The notes under the pieces: model-generated
Database searches by the model: none
What the model was told of the DNA's origin: nothing
What the model saw: only the letters and a program-made list of their open reading frames with translations
Position numbers and translations under genes: made by a program
Shown: positions 8,553 through 18,400 of the stretch, in pieces
How positions within the stretch are numbered: the stretch's first letter is position 1
Layout: each line of letters opens with the position of its first letter
DNA from: Shigella phage vB_SsoS-ISF002
Length of the DNA stretch: 50,564 nucleotides
Reading direction: 5' to 3' (one strand)
Sequence record: MF093736

Positions 8553-9488
8553 GTGAACGAAGAATTTATGATGTTTCAGAAAGAGGACGTTTTGCCGTAC
8601 ATGAAGGGGTTATGGCGCGAGGCTTTCCAGTCAGTCTGCGGGTTGCAGAATGAGGTGTTTAATAAGAAGCACCAACCTTGCCCCAACTGCGGCGGTAAAG
8701 ACCGCTTTCGATGGACCGATAACTTAAACACTCCGGGCGACGGCGGCGCGATCTGCAACTCATGCGGGAACGACTCCGGGATCGGGTGGCTAATGAAATT
8801 AACTGGTATGCCGTACAGTGAATGTATAAACATCCTGGGGAGATTTCTCGGAAAAGTTCCGCAGGAATATATCGTCAAGGCGAACAAGAAAGCGCGCCGG
8901 ACTCCGGTAGCTGGCGTCAATGTCATGATGGCAGATCATGAAGCGGTGATGAAAGTCATGGAGCGCACAGAGAAGCGCGTAAACACACCACTAAGCATGT
9001 TTGAGTCGCTACCTACTGAATCATTCGACGTTGGCGTAAAACGTCGCGATGATGGCGGGGAGAGCGTATTTCACACTATCCCGTGTCAACTTGTGCATGA
9101 GGACGGGCTTGATGACGAGTTTTGCAATATTTTGATTATTGACGAGGAAGGAAGGGAGTCATTTTACGCTAAGAAATACACAAGTTGCTCGGTTGCCGTG
9201 ACTGGTAAAACTGAGAAGGCGATCTACTTGTGTCTAAACTGGATTGACGCTCAGCACATAGCCTTTCACACAAAACAGGAAGTGTGGGCCTGCTTCACTC
9301 CTGAAAACCTAGAAATGGTTGCGTACAGATACAAGGGAGAGCGGGAGGTAAGGGTTGCGTGCGAACCATCTGATAAAGAAACTTTATACATGGCAGACGA
9401 CAGACAATTAAAAATAATCATCCCGAATCCTGGAGGATACCGCTCAGGAATGCAAGCCAAATTATTCTCAGCAAGTGACCTACTCTAA
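8553..9488 (+). CDS. DNA primase (N-terminal zinc-ribbon type)
   Basis: CPNCGGKDRFRWTD ... CNSCGNDSGIGW matches the primase zinc-binding ribbon pattern; GTG start with RBS ggag. Confidence 0.65.
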   Translation: MNEEFMMFQKEDVLPYMKGLWREAFQSVCGLQNEVFNKKHQPCPNCGGKDRFRWTDNLNTPGDGGAICNSCGNDSGIGWLMKLTGMPYSECINILGRFLGKVPQEYIVKANKKARRTPVAGVNVMMADHEAVMKVMERTEKRVNTPLSMFESLPTESFDVGVKRRDDGGESVFHTIPCQLVHEDGLDDEFCNILIIDEEGRESFYAKKYTSCSVAVTGKTEKAIYLCLNWIDAQHIAFHTKQEVWACFTPENLEMVAYRYKGEREVRVACEPSDKETLYMADDRQLKIIIPNPGGYRSGMQAKLFSASDLL

Positions 9489-9509
9489 CCGCCTTCGGGC
9501 GGTTTTTTA
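9487..9509 (+). terminator. rho-independent terminator after the primase gene
   Basis: Stem accgcc / ggcggt, loop ttcg, then tttttat. Confidence 0.6.
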
Positions 9510-9516
9510 TTGCCCA

Positions 9517-9545
9517 TTGCAAGGCAGGTGGCACAATGATAAAAT
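9517..9545 (+). promoter_or_regulatory. sigma70-like promoter for the tail fibre gene
   Basis: TTGCAA, 17-nt spacer, TAAAAT; followed by a box and the RBS aaggag. Confidence 0.5.
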
Positions 9546-9550
9546 CTGTG

Positions 9551-9568
9551 CTTAGCAATTCGTGCTAT
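9551..9568 (-). promoter_or_regulatory. conserved box inside the tail fibre 5' leader (orientation opposite to the gene)
   Basis: cttagcaattcgtgctat between the promoter -10 and the RBS. Confidence 0.4.
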
Positions 9569-9588
9569 TTACTTAAGGAGTTTATACT

Positions 9589-11382
9589 ATGGCTTTATAT
9601 AGACGCGGCACTGCATCAATGGATGCAGACGGCACGGTTCACGGAACCGATACAAAATGGAAAGATCAACTTGCTCTGATTCGAGTCGGTGCAACTATCG
9701 TATTCCTGGAGCAACCAATTAAGCTGGCGGTGATTAGCGATATCGTTAGCGACACAGAGTTAAAGGCTATCTCTACGGATGGTCAGACTGCCGCTGACGG
9801 TAAGTATGTGATCCTGCTTAACGATTCGTTGACTGTTAACGGATTAGCTCAAAACGTTGCTGAGACGCTTCGATACTATCAAAGCAAAGAGACTGAGATC
9901 GCGGCAGCTATAGATCTGATAAATCAGCTTGATATGAATAAACTTGAGCAAATAGTTGCTGATGTGAATCAGGCGAAATCTGATTCTCAAGCTGCGCAAA
10001 ATCAGGCTGAATTAGCGCGTGACGCAGCCAACGCTGCACGCGATGAAACTAACTCAATCAAGAATCAGACGCAACAGATTGTTGACGGTGCTGTCGGTAG
10101 CATCAATGCGGCTAAGGATCAGGCTATAACCGATGTGCAGCAAAAAGAAAATTCATCCATCACTCACATTGACTCAGAAGAAGCGGCGGCGATTCAGGCA
10201 ATTAATGACGCAAAAGGCGATCTGTCAGGTTACGTTAATGACGCTCAGACGGCAGCACAAACGGCGACCTCTGCAAAAAACGACGCTCAGGCAGCGCGTG
10301 ACGATGCGGTAAGCTCAAAAGATGCGGCTGCGGTAAGTGCTCAAGAAGCAAAAGACGCAGCTAACAGCATCAATGCTGAAAATCTTTTAACTAAGGATGG
10401 CAATCTAGCTGGTCTTGAGGATAAAAAAGAGTCAAGAAAAAATATTGGGTTAGGTGAAAATGATGCTGTTAACTTTCTTACTATTAACACCACTGGCGCT
10501 ATAGCTGCAGGAAGGAATTCATGGGACGGTTCTAGCTGGGGTAGTCAGTCCATATTGTCATCATTGATGATTATGTCACCTGATGGAATATCTACGCCAG
10601 GTATTTACGTCAGAAAAGAACGTAGCGATAATGGTTATGCTGGGACTTTATTATTTTATGAAGGGGCAAACTACTTCGAGACTAACAATAGATTTAGAGC
10701 CAATCAGTTTTTATGCCAGAAAACATCTATGGGTTACAACCAGATGTGGTCTGCTTCATGCTTCCAGGGTAATTCTTACACCGCCGATAGTGGCGCTGAA
10801 AACTATCAATCACTTGTTGCTGGATCGTGTGATACAAGGGGGCAAGGGTATGTTGGCGGCGTAGCATTTGGCATGATGACTACGGGTAATGCTGAATGGC
10901 CCAGAGCACAAATATCAGTAGGCACTCAAGATAGGGATGTAGCAGGCAATATTGGTCTGCAAATGCATTTCAGGTTTATGGCTTCAGGGCAAATATCTTA
11001 CGCTGGACCGCAAGGGGCTGGAAGTTTCCAACAGGTTCCGGCATCTGACAGAAATATAAAGCACAGCATAAAGGATGATGAATCAAGCATCGCATACAAC
11101 AACATAAAGTCAATGAGATTTAGGAACTTTATATTTAACGACGATGAGCAAGAAAGGGTAAGGCGAGGTGTTATAGCTCAGGAGATAGAAGAGATCGACA
11201 ATCTATATGTTAAGAGAAGGGTGTATGAGAGCCACGAGCTAAACGGGCCAAAAGTTGAAAGACTTGAGCTTGATACAACTCCTTTATTGCTTGACACTAT
11301 GAGAGCTTTACAGGATACAATAAAGAAAGTTGAAGAGTTACAAGAAAAGATAAAAATGTTGAAGAGTTACAAGAAGAGATAA
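9589..11382 (+). CDS. tail fibre protein with a C-terminal intramolecular chaperone domain
   Basis: Long Ala/Gln/Asp-rich coiled N-terminal half; C-terminal VPASDRNIKHSIKDDE...AQEIEEI resembles the autocleaving chaperone domain of phage fibres and endosialidases. Confidence 0.7.
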   Translation: MALYRRGTASMDADGTVHGTDTKWKDQLALIRVGATIVFLEQPIKLAVISDIVSDTELKAISTDGQTAADGKYVILLNDSLTVNGLAQNVAETLRYYQSKETEIAAAIDLINQLDMNKLEQIVADVNQAKSDSQAAQNQAELARDAANAARDETNSIKNQTQQIVDGAVGSINAAKDQAITDVQQKENSSITHIDSEEAAAIQAINDAKGDLSGYVNDAQTAAQTATSAKNDAQAARDDAVSSKDAAAVSAQEAKDAANSINAENLLTKDGNLAGLEDKKESRKNIGLGENDAVNFLTINTTGAIAAGRNSWDGSSWGSQSILSSLMIMSPDGISTPGIYVRKERSDNGYAGTLLFYEGANYFETNNRFRANQFLCQKTSMGYNQMWSASCFQGNSYTADSGAENYQSLVAGSCDTRGQGYVGGVAFGMMTTGNAEWPRAQISVGTQDRDVAGNIGLQMHFRFMASGQISYAGPQGAGSFQQVPASDRNIKHSIKDDESSIAYNNIKSMRFRNFIFNDDEQERVRRGVIAQEIEEIDNLYVKRRVYESHELNGPKVERLELDTTPLLLDTMRALQDTIKKVEELQEKIKMLKSYKKR

Positions 11383-11393
11383 AAATGTTGAAG
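11329..11393 (+). repeat. 29-bp tandem direct repeat (2.2 copies) spanning the tail fibre stop codon
   Basis: gttgaagagttacaagaaaagataaaaat followed by gttgaagagttacaagaagagataaaaat, then gttgaag. Confidence 0.9.
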
Positions 11394-11403
11394 TCCAAAT
11401 GAT

Positions 11404-11429
11404 AAAATCCCCGCATTGCGGGGATTTTT
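11404..11429. terminator. bidirectional rho-independent terminator between the tail fibre and ssb genes
   Basis: Perfect 11-bp stem aaaatccccgc / gcggggatttt with a 3-nt loop. Confidence 0.7.
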
Positions 11430-11430
11430 G

Positions 11431-11844
11431 TTAGAACGGGATATCATCATCGAAAGTTGATTGAGGATTTGGCTGTGGCTGTGATTGAGTTCGCTGTTGT
11501 TGCTGCGGTGCTCGTTGTTGATTGCTTTGTCCTCGTTGACTAAATACCAACTTCGGGAAGTCAGCGGCCTGCAATGAATTGTAAACCGTTCCATTGTGTT
11601 CACGGGATGAGATCTTCAATGTCTCGCATGATACTGATACGACGCGACCAACCTGGAACGCTTCACGATACCAATCAGCAAGGCCAGGCTTTCCACCATC
11701 GCTAAAAAAGAATGTGTAGTTTGTGTATTCTCGATCGCCATCACGAGGCTTATAGCTTTCTGCCAGTTCGATGATATAAGTATTGCCTCCGTTACGTTCA
11801 AGAATCTTAGGTTCTTTGCGGATCTCGCCAGTGATAATATGCAT
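11431..11844 (-). CDS. ssb: single-stranded DNA-binding protein
   Basis: OB-fold-like N-terminus, Gln/Pro-rich linker and acidic C-terminal tail DDDIPF. Confidence 0.85.
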   Translation of the reverse strand: MHIITGEIRKEPKILERNGGNTYIIELAESYKPRDGDREYTNYTFFFSDGGKPGLADWYREAFQVGRVVSVSCETLKISSREHNGTVYNSLQAADFPKLVFSQRGQSNQQRAPQQQQRTQSQPQPNPQSTFDDDIPF

Positions 11845-11889
11845 TATTTCTCTCCTAAAATTTATGGGCGACCGAAGCCGCCCTGATGA

Positions 11890-12537
11890 TTATTCGAAGT
11901 TGGTGATTGATTGAGATTGTACAGGCTTCGCGCTAGTTGCTTCAACCTGTTTTTTCTGTTCCGGTTGCGCCGGGCGAATACCGCGAGCCTTTCCGACCTC
12001 AAACTTCGCCTTAAGTGCGTTATAATGATCCTGAATGATTGATTTGCTCGCCGTGTCAGTCTGACGGTAGGCGCTGGCCCACACATCCTTCAGTGATTCT
12101 ATATCTTCGCACGCATCAAGTTCTTTTTTCCAGTCCTTGACAGATTTCACTGCAAGCTGAGCATCGTCATCACTCTGGCTAATCCCCAGCGCTGCGGCTA
12201 ATGAGTAACGTCGAGCATACGTCATTGCGGAACCTACGCCTTGCGGATCGCGCTTTGCAATCGGCATCATCATGAAGAATTTGGCCCACTGCCCGGATTT
12301 GTGAATCAGCATAGTTTCAAGGTGGAAGGTTGTTTCCGTGCTTGTATCCAGCATTGATTGCAGGATCATGATATCGTTGTCGGTCAACGCAGGACTAACT
12401 GCCGCCATCATTGCGTCAAGAGTTGCGTATGAGTTTTTCAGATGATTGTTTTTAGCGTCCTTCTTTGCTTTCGCGAATTTATTGCGAGCGTTAAACAGAG
12501 CCGGAAGGATTTCGTTGGTTTCTGGTGATAATTGCAT
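11890..12537 (-). CDS. Erf-family single-strand annealing protein (start moved to internal ATG with AGGAGA RBS)
   Basis: Erf-like segments NSYATLDAMM and MTYARRYSLAAALG; the RBS-supported ATG gives MQLSPETNE... Confidence 0.6.
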   Translation of the reverse strand: MQLSPETNEILPALFNARNKFAKAKKDAKNNHLKNSYATLDAMMAAVSPALTDNDIMILQSMLDTSTETTFHLETMLIHKSGQWAKFFMMMPIAKRDPQGVGSAMTYARRYSLAAALGISQSDDDAQLAVKSVKDWKKELDACEDIESLKDVWASAYRQTDTASKSIIQDHYNALKAKFEVGKARGIRPAQPEQKKQVEATSAKPVQSQSITNFE

Positions 12538-12611
12538 CTTAACTTCTCCTGATTGGTGTATGAGGTGCATTATAACACCTCATTAATTATTTGTTTAGCT
12601 ATTTGTGCCGT

Positions 12612-13676
12612 TTACTTGTTTTGATATCGTACCCATGACGGCGTTTCAAGTTCAATCTCGCTTGCATCGCCAGCGTATCCAGGCCAAACATCCATTTCAG
12701 AGCAAGCCTTGTAAGTGTGGACTACGCTAATGTACTGGTTACGACCGATCCTGATTTGCTCCATAGTCATACGGTAAGCTAGTGCGATATAAGGTTCTTT
12801 TTTCTCCTGCGCAAGCAATCTAACCACGATCGGGATATCTTCCGGGAAGTTTCCTTCAAAAGCGCCAGCCTGGATTGCGCGTCGTAGCAGGTCATGCTGT
12901 AAGGCCATTTTCAGATAATACCCGTGATTGTATGCCAGTCGCGGGAACTCTAACGGGTTGGCGCTCATCGTAGTTTTGAAGTCAGTAATAATCAGCGCTT
13001 CCGGGAAAATTACGTCTTCATACACCGGATCGCCATTCTCATCATAACCAGTCAGGACACGACCTGGAACATTCTCCTTGTAATCAAGGTGGTCAAGTCG
13101 AACCTTAACCTTGACGCCGGATATCTCACCGAAGATTGAAATCTCACGCTGCGCCGTTTCGCTGTTGATACACGCTTCATGATCCGGATTTTGCTCAAGT
13201 ATGGCTCTCATCTTCATGCAGGCGTCGTATTTATCAGCGTCAACGAGTTTCTTTCCTTCAGCGCGCGCCTCAGCTTCTGCGATCAGTTCAATCAGGTATT
13301 GAACGTTGAGTTCTTCACCGCAATCAACCATCATTTTGATGAGGTCAGGGTACTGCTTCCCGGATGTACCTTTCAGGCCAAATGATTTTAATTTTGCCGC
13401 TAGTGCAGCTTGCGAAGTAATGAGATCTTTAAACTCTGCCGGAGCCGGGCAACGGGCATACGATGCAGTAAACAGATCTCGGCTCTCAAAGTTGGTGTGC
13501 GACTGAGTACCAAACTCCAGCGCTTTAGTCGTCTCGTTCTTCTTGAATCGCCAGTTAGCCGGGCAAGTCTGATAAATTTCTGCAAGGCTCGAACCGCTTA
13601 CATACTCTGCCGCCCAACCTTCGTTACTATGATACTCGTCATTAGAAAGCTGACTTGATGTGAATACTTGGAACAT
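12612..13676 (-). CDS. PD-(D/E)XK-type recombination exonuclease (RecE/Cas4-like fold, tentative)
   Basis: Nuclease-like core (ITDFKT ... YxxxK); sits next to Erf and SSB as in phage recombination modules. Confidence 0.5.
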   Translation of the reverse strand: MFQVFTSSQLSNDEYHSNEGWAAEYVSGSSLAEIYQTCPANWRFKKNETTKALEFGTQSHTNFESRDLFTASYARCPAPAEFKDLITSQAALAAKLKSFGLKGTSGKQYPDLIKMMVDCGEELNVQYLIELIAEAEARAEGKKLVDADKYDACMKMRAILEQNPDHEACINSETAQREISIFGEISGVKVKVRLDHLDYKENVPGRVLTGYDENGDPVYEDVIFPEALIITDFKTTMSANPLEFPRLAYNHGYYLKMALQHDLLRRAIQAGAFEGNFPEDIPIVVRLLAQEKKEPYIALAYRMTMEQIRIGRNQYISVVHTYKACSEMDVWPGYAGDASEIELETPSWVRYQNK

Positions 13677-14203
13677 TGCGTTTATCTCCTTCGTTTACGA
13701 TGAATCCATTATAGCCATTAACGGCGTTTAGTCAATCGAATACATGTAATTGGTGTGTAATAGCGTGTCTATATCGCTCAAGTTACAACCAGCATTAACG
13801 GAATCAATTGCTTAAGTCTATTTTTATGTGATGTCTACTGTGTAATACTTGTAACCGCTTTTTCTTAGAAATACAGAGATAGCTACAAGTAGAATCCATA
13901 TTGATTAAATTTTGAACATATATGATAGAAATTTGACGAATCAATCAAATCACCAGTTACACGATAGACAACTGTTACACAACAATAATTATATATATAA
14001 AGCTAAAATTAAATATTATCTATCTATATATATTATATAGAGTTTTTATCATATCCCTCTGCTGTCGGGTGGGGTGGATTTTGTAACACCCGCTCCGGTT
14101 ACAAAAATAGACACCCGTTACACGAAAAAAACTGTAATCGTGCTATTGCAATAAAAGTAAATGCGACATACAATGCAATCACACTAACGACGAGGACATA
14201 CAA
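13677..14203. promoter_or_regulatory. AT-rich divergent intergenic control region
   Basis: 527 bp non-coding; atatata tracts; GTTACAC repeats; palindrome TTGTAAC-N10-GTTACAA at about 14080..14103; TAGACAACTGTTA element shared with the 44.9-kb region. Confidence 0.5.
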
Positions 14204-14434
14204 ATGAAAAAGTTAATCACCATTATTGCTGCGGCATTCATCCTGACTGGTTGTGCTCAGAATCTTAAAAATGGCGACTGCGTTACTTACGCGTACGGCT
14301 CTTGCATGATGCGATTCGTTGATGGTAAAAAGGTTCCGGCTGGCGAAATTGACATGCGATTCAAAGGTCTGTCATCCGACGACGATCAGGGCAACTTTAG
14401 CGGCAAGGTATCAATCAAAACTAAAGAGTGGTAA
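14204..14434 (+). CDS. small outer-membrane lipoprotein, candidate superinfection-exclusion protein (Cor/Llp-like)
   Basis: Signal peptide with lipobox MKKLITIIAAAFILTGC; 76 aa; immediately upstream of a candidate receptor-binding protein. Confidence 0.5.
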   Translation: MKKLITIIAAAFILTGCAQNLKNGDCVTYAYGSCMMRFVDGKKVPAGEIDMRFKGLSSDDDQGNFSGKVSIKTKEW

Positions 14435-14436
14435 TT

Positions 14437-15393
14437 ATGGGGCAAGGAATATACATAAATCTAAATGACGGTCGCCCGGCAATGGAGATAACTTCAGGGC
14501 TTCGCGCCCCGTCATGGTGCGGACCTATACAGGCTGACGGGGTTGATTCATCTGGATCGGTTTTTGATTTTGGTTTGCAAATGAGTCCAGGGTCTACTGC
14601 TTTTTGCCTTCCATCTCAGGCTATCTACATAGACGATATGGATTACATCCCGGAGGTGTATTATTTGACCAGTTTTCAGAAGGTCAATGATTCAACCGGA
14701 CGAATAACGGTAGGTAATTTTAACGGGCATGGTGGAAGGAGGATGAGATTTTATGGAAACTGCTACGAAATCCTCCCCGCTCAGGCTGGAAATCAGGGGA
14801 TACTTGTTAACGATTCAACGAACTTCGCAGCGATACCTAATAACGCAAGATTGATGAGCGCTGCATTTGTTGGCGGGATTCAGGTTAACGGTCAGGCTCA
14901 GTTGCCAGTACAGGGCGTTCCTTTCGGTATGTGGGATAATCCAAACGTAACACTTGAATCTGACGGCAATACAATATGGTGCAGGGATGCAAACTATAAC
15001 GGGATTGATGACGTTGGCGCTAGCGTATACGTGCAACTCGTAATATTTAATAACACTCCACCACCTCCTGGGCCAGGAATAACTATGAGTAACCCTGCTG
15101 GTCAGATCGTTTTCTCAAGCGTTAGACGCCCCTTCGTTCTTGGCGGGACTATGGCGATAAATGATGGTTGGCAGTGGTGCGGTGGATTTTTCCCAATACT
15201 GAGAACAGGTACGATATGCAGAGTTACAGGTGGATATAATAACATTCGATACAAGGGCGTTTGCATGAGCGGCGGTAACGTGAGAAGCGCACCCGGAACA
15301 AGGGTAGGTAACTATTCTACTCAGAGCGGCGCTCAATTTCCCTTCAATATAAACATTTCAATGCCAATTCCTTTCACTCCAAACATGTATTAA
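14437..15393 (+). CDS. candidate receptor-binding tail protein (function inferred from context only)
   Basis: 318-aa Gly/Asn-rich protein with a PPPPGPG linker; co-oriented with the lipoprotein and convergent on gene J across a shared terminator. Confidence 0.35.
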   Translation: MGQGIYINLNDGRPAMEITSGLRAPSWCGPIQADGVDSSGSVFDFGLQMSPGSTAFCLPSQAIYIDDMDYIPEVYYLTSFQKVNDSTGRITVGNFNGHGGRRMRFYGNCYEILPAQAGNQGILVNDSTNFAAIPNNARLMSAAFVGGIQVNGQAQLPVQGVPFGMWDNPNVTLESDGNTIWCRDANYNGIDDVGASVYVQLVIFNNTPPPPGPGITMSNPAGQIVFSSVRRPFVLGGTMAINDGWQWCGGFFPILRTGTICRVTGGYNNIRYKGVCMSGGNVRSAPGTRVGNYSTQSGAQFPFNINISMPIPFTPNMY

Positions 15394-15420
15394 AAAAAAG
15401 GGGCCAATCAGCCCCTTTCT
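15392..15420. terminator. bidirectional terminator between the receptor-binding candidate and J
   Basis: Stem aaaggggc / gccccttt, loop caatca, with flanking A and T runs. Confidence 0.6.
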
Positions 15421-15421
15421 G

Positions 15422-18400
15422 TTACCAGACACCAACAACCACTCGGCCCCCGTTAGGTAGGTTAACCGTGATCCCGTTATTGTTTATCTGAACCGTGTTA
15501 TTTGTTCCGTTAAATGCAAACGATCCGTTATCCGCATACAGAGCACCCCTTACGGTAGCATTCATGAAGTACGCAGCACCATTCTTGTTAATATGCCACC
15601 CTTGATTTCCATCCCAATTGTTAGACTGAATAGCGTTACCAATCATTGCGTTAGTAATAAATCCATCCTTGATGATCGCGCTACTTAGAATAACCTGACC
15701 ATTCTCAACAACGAATGGATACTGAGTCTGACCGTTCATGCCAGTCATGATTGCAAATCGAGATGCCTCAAAAAGAATCTGAGCCTTAACAGCCGCACCA
15801 GAACCAATCAGAGACATAGCCATACCTGCGCTGTATTCCTGACCATTATACTTAAGGCCCAGCTTGACGCCGTACATTGCACCAGTCGAATCGGCGTTAC
15901 TCCACGAGTCAAGTTTTTGAGAAAGTGCTGCCTCGTTATTCCCAAGTCGCGCGCTTAACGTTAAGTCAGCTTGCGTTCTCGCCTCAGTCTCGTTCGCGAT
16001 GGCTTCACGGATATCGGTCAAACTTGCCTGAATATCATCACCAATCTCTGCCTTGAGTTGGTCAATCTCACGAGATAGCGCCCCTGTCTCAGTTGCGATA
16101 ACTTCACGCAATTCACTATTGCTTGCGCTAATCTGATCGCCAAAACTTGCTTTCAATTGCTCGATCGCCGTCACTCGTGCCTGCGTCTCATCAGCAATAA
16201 GTTTCAGTGATTTCGTGTACTCAGCCTTTCGTTTTCCGTTCTCCTTCTTCATATAGATCGCGTCTTTGTCATTAGCTAACGCGTTCTCAATTGACGCTTC
16301 CGCGTTCGCTGCGTTCTGCGCCGCGTTGCCTGTTGCGTTATCAACAAGCCACTTGTAGCCAGGCGAGTTTTCTATATCGACAGAAATCTCTCCGATGATA
16401 TCGTCAACGTTTGTTGATGCCATACCTCTGACAAAATCAGTCCACTGAGACACATTACCGATCCTGTCAACCGTCCTTACCCGATACCACACAATATTCC
16501 CGCCCGGCATCGGTGAATGATAATACTCATGCTGCGGATACGGGATCAGAGAGAGTAAACTCGCATTGTCAACCGTTCCATCCGGTGACTGTTGCAACTC
16601 TGTATAGGCCGTATCTCCAGAACCATCAGAGAACCCCCATTTTGTACGGATACCAAAAACAACATCATCAGTAGCCGTAAGGTTAATCGGTCTGCCCGGC
16701 TCACCTTGTTTGCCAGTCAGCGTCGCAGCTACGATATTTGACCATCCTGAAGTCGTACCGGAACCAGCTACGGAGCGAACGCGAACCTGATAGTTGCCAG
16801 CGTAAATACCCTCAACGTAAACCTCTTTGTTTGCTGTCTGCGGAACGTTTTGCCAGTTGCCGTTATCCTTTCTCCACTGTACGTCATAGAAAACTGCGTA
16901 CGGCACTTTATCCCAGCTAACAATCATCGTTTCTACGCTCATCCCCTGGACGATTCTCGACTCTGAGGACACTTGCACGTTTTCCGGTCTAGGGATCTGA
17001 TCTGGTTCAACGATGCTCGTCGGTCGGTCGTCGATGTTAACTCCGTAATCAATCTCGTCGTACTTGTTAGGATCGTACTCCACCGCCGTGATTTTGTAGG
17101 TAAATTCCTCGTCATCATCGCCCTTATCGATTTTTGTCACGACGTACTGTTGTAGCGCAATGTCGGTGCGGTCGATAGCGAATACCGTGTTAGGCTTCAC
17201 AGGAAAGCCAAAGCCAATGTTAACCTCTATAGTCTTACCATCCGCACTAACACTTGAGATTGTGCGCTTCACGGGCTTGCCGTCGGGCTTATTTACGATA
17301 ATAAAGTCACCTGCGCGCGCATCCACACGGAACGGCAAGAAAATCTGGCTTCCAGACACTTCAAGCAAGCGCCCTGATAGGTTCATAGTCAAGTTGCTTG
17401 ACCAGAAGTTGTCGGCTATTGCCACAACATCACCTATTGTCGGGATCATACCTTCAAGCCCGGTAGCGAAGTTTACCGTAGTGCTGCGGAGGTTAGTTTT
17501 CAGAATCCATCTCCCGCGTCGGTTTGCCTCACTTCGACGTGTGCAGCCGATCGCTGTAATGCTCGTTACGTTGTTCCCGAACCGTAGAGTAGCCTCACGA
17601 TCGAATACTGGCTCAACGTCCTGCTGATACATGTTTTGCTCGTCATCAAACATCACATTACACGTCGTGTACATACTCTTTTCGCTTGCGAACGTGTAGG
17701 AGAAGTCACCATTAACAACGTTGTCGTTAGTGAAGATGTACGCAGGTTCACGCGGCCTGTCGATGATTACCGAAATGCTTTCGCCATTCCAAAAGCTCAT
17801 ACCTCGAAAGATTGAGCAAATATCTCGAATAACCTTGTAAGCGTCAGTCTGAGACTGGATTATCACGTCGCAAAGGTATCGAGGCTCCGTCCCTCCCTTC
17901 CCATCAGGAACCATCTGATCGCAATATTGCGCGGCCTCGTAGAGCGCCCATTTATCGACGGAGATCCCAAGCTCCTTCTGATCCAGTCCGTAGCGCTGAT
18001 TAATCATCAGGTCGTATAGAACCCATGCCGGGTTGTTAGTCCAAGCCTTCTTGAAAGTCCCATCCCAATTTCCGTTGTAGGTTCGAGACTCAGGGTCGTA
18101 ATTAGATGGAACGTTAATAATCTTCCAGCGCTTACGAATTGAGATCGTAGGCAGCTGGTTTGGGAACATTTTCGAATCAAACTCGACAAAAAGAAGACCA
18201 GTCAGAGGATAACGGAATTTGGCATCAATCACCTCGGCATAGCTTTTCACCTGAATTGCATCAACGACATTCGAGTCACTTGAGTCAGGAGTCTTTCGAA
18301 CAACTCTGAATATTACCTGGTTGTTGAAGTTCGGCAGGTTTACGCGACGGCTTCGATCATAACCCGACATTGTTTTGCCTTCGATTACATCAGTAAGAAC

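Noticed and set aside
11616-12086. ORFs 11616..11801 and 11862..12086 on the minus strand
   Set aside because: Out-of-frame overlaps with the SSB and Erf genes, which have strong family features; no independent start signals.
16738-17627. Plus-strand ORFs of 60-155 aa inside the J region (also 18375..18635)
   Set aside because: Antisense to the 1149-aa tail tip gene, Ser/Arg/Pro-rich translations and no start context; shadow ORFs.
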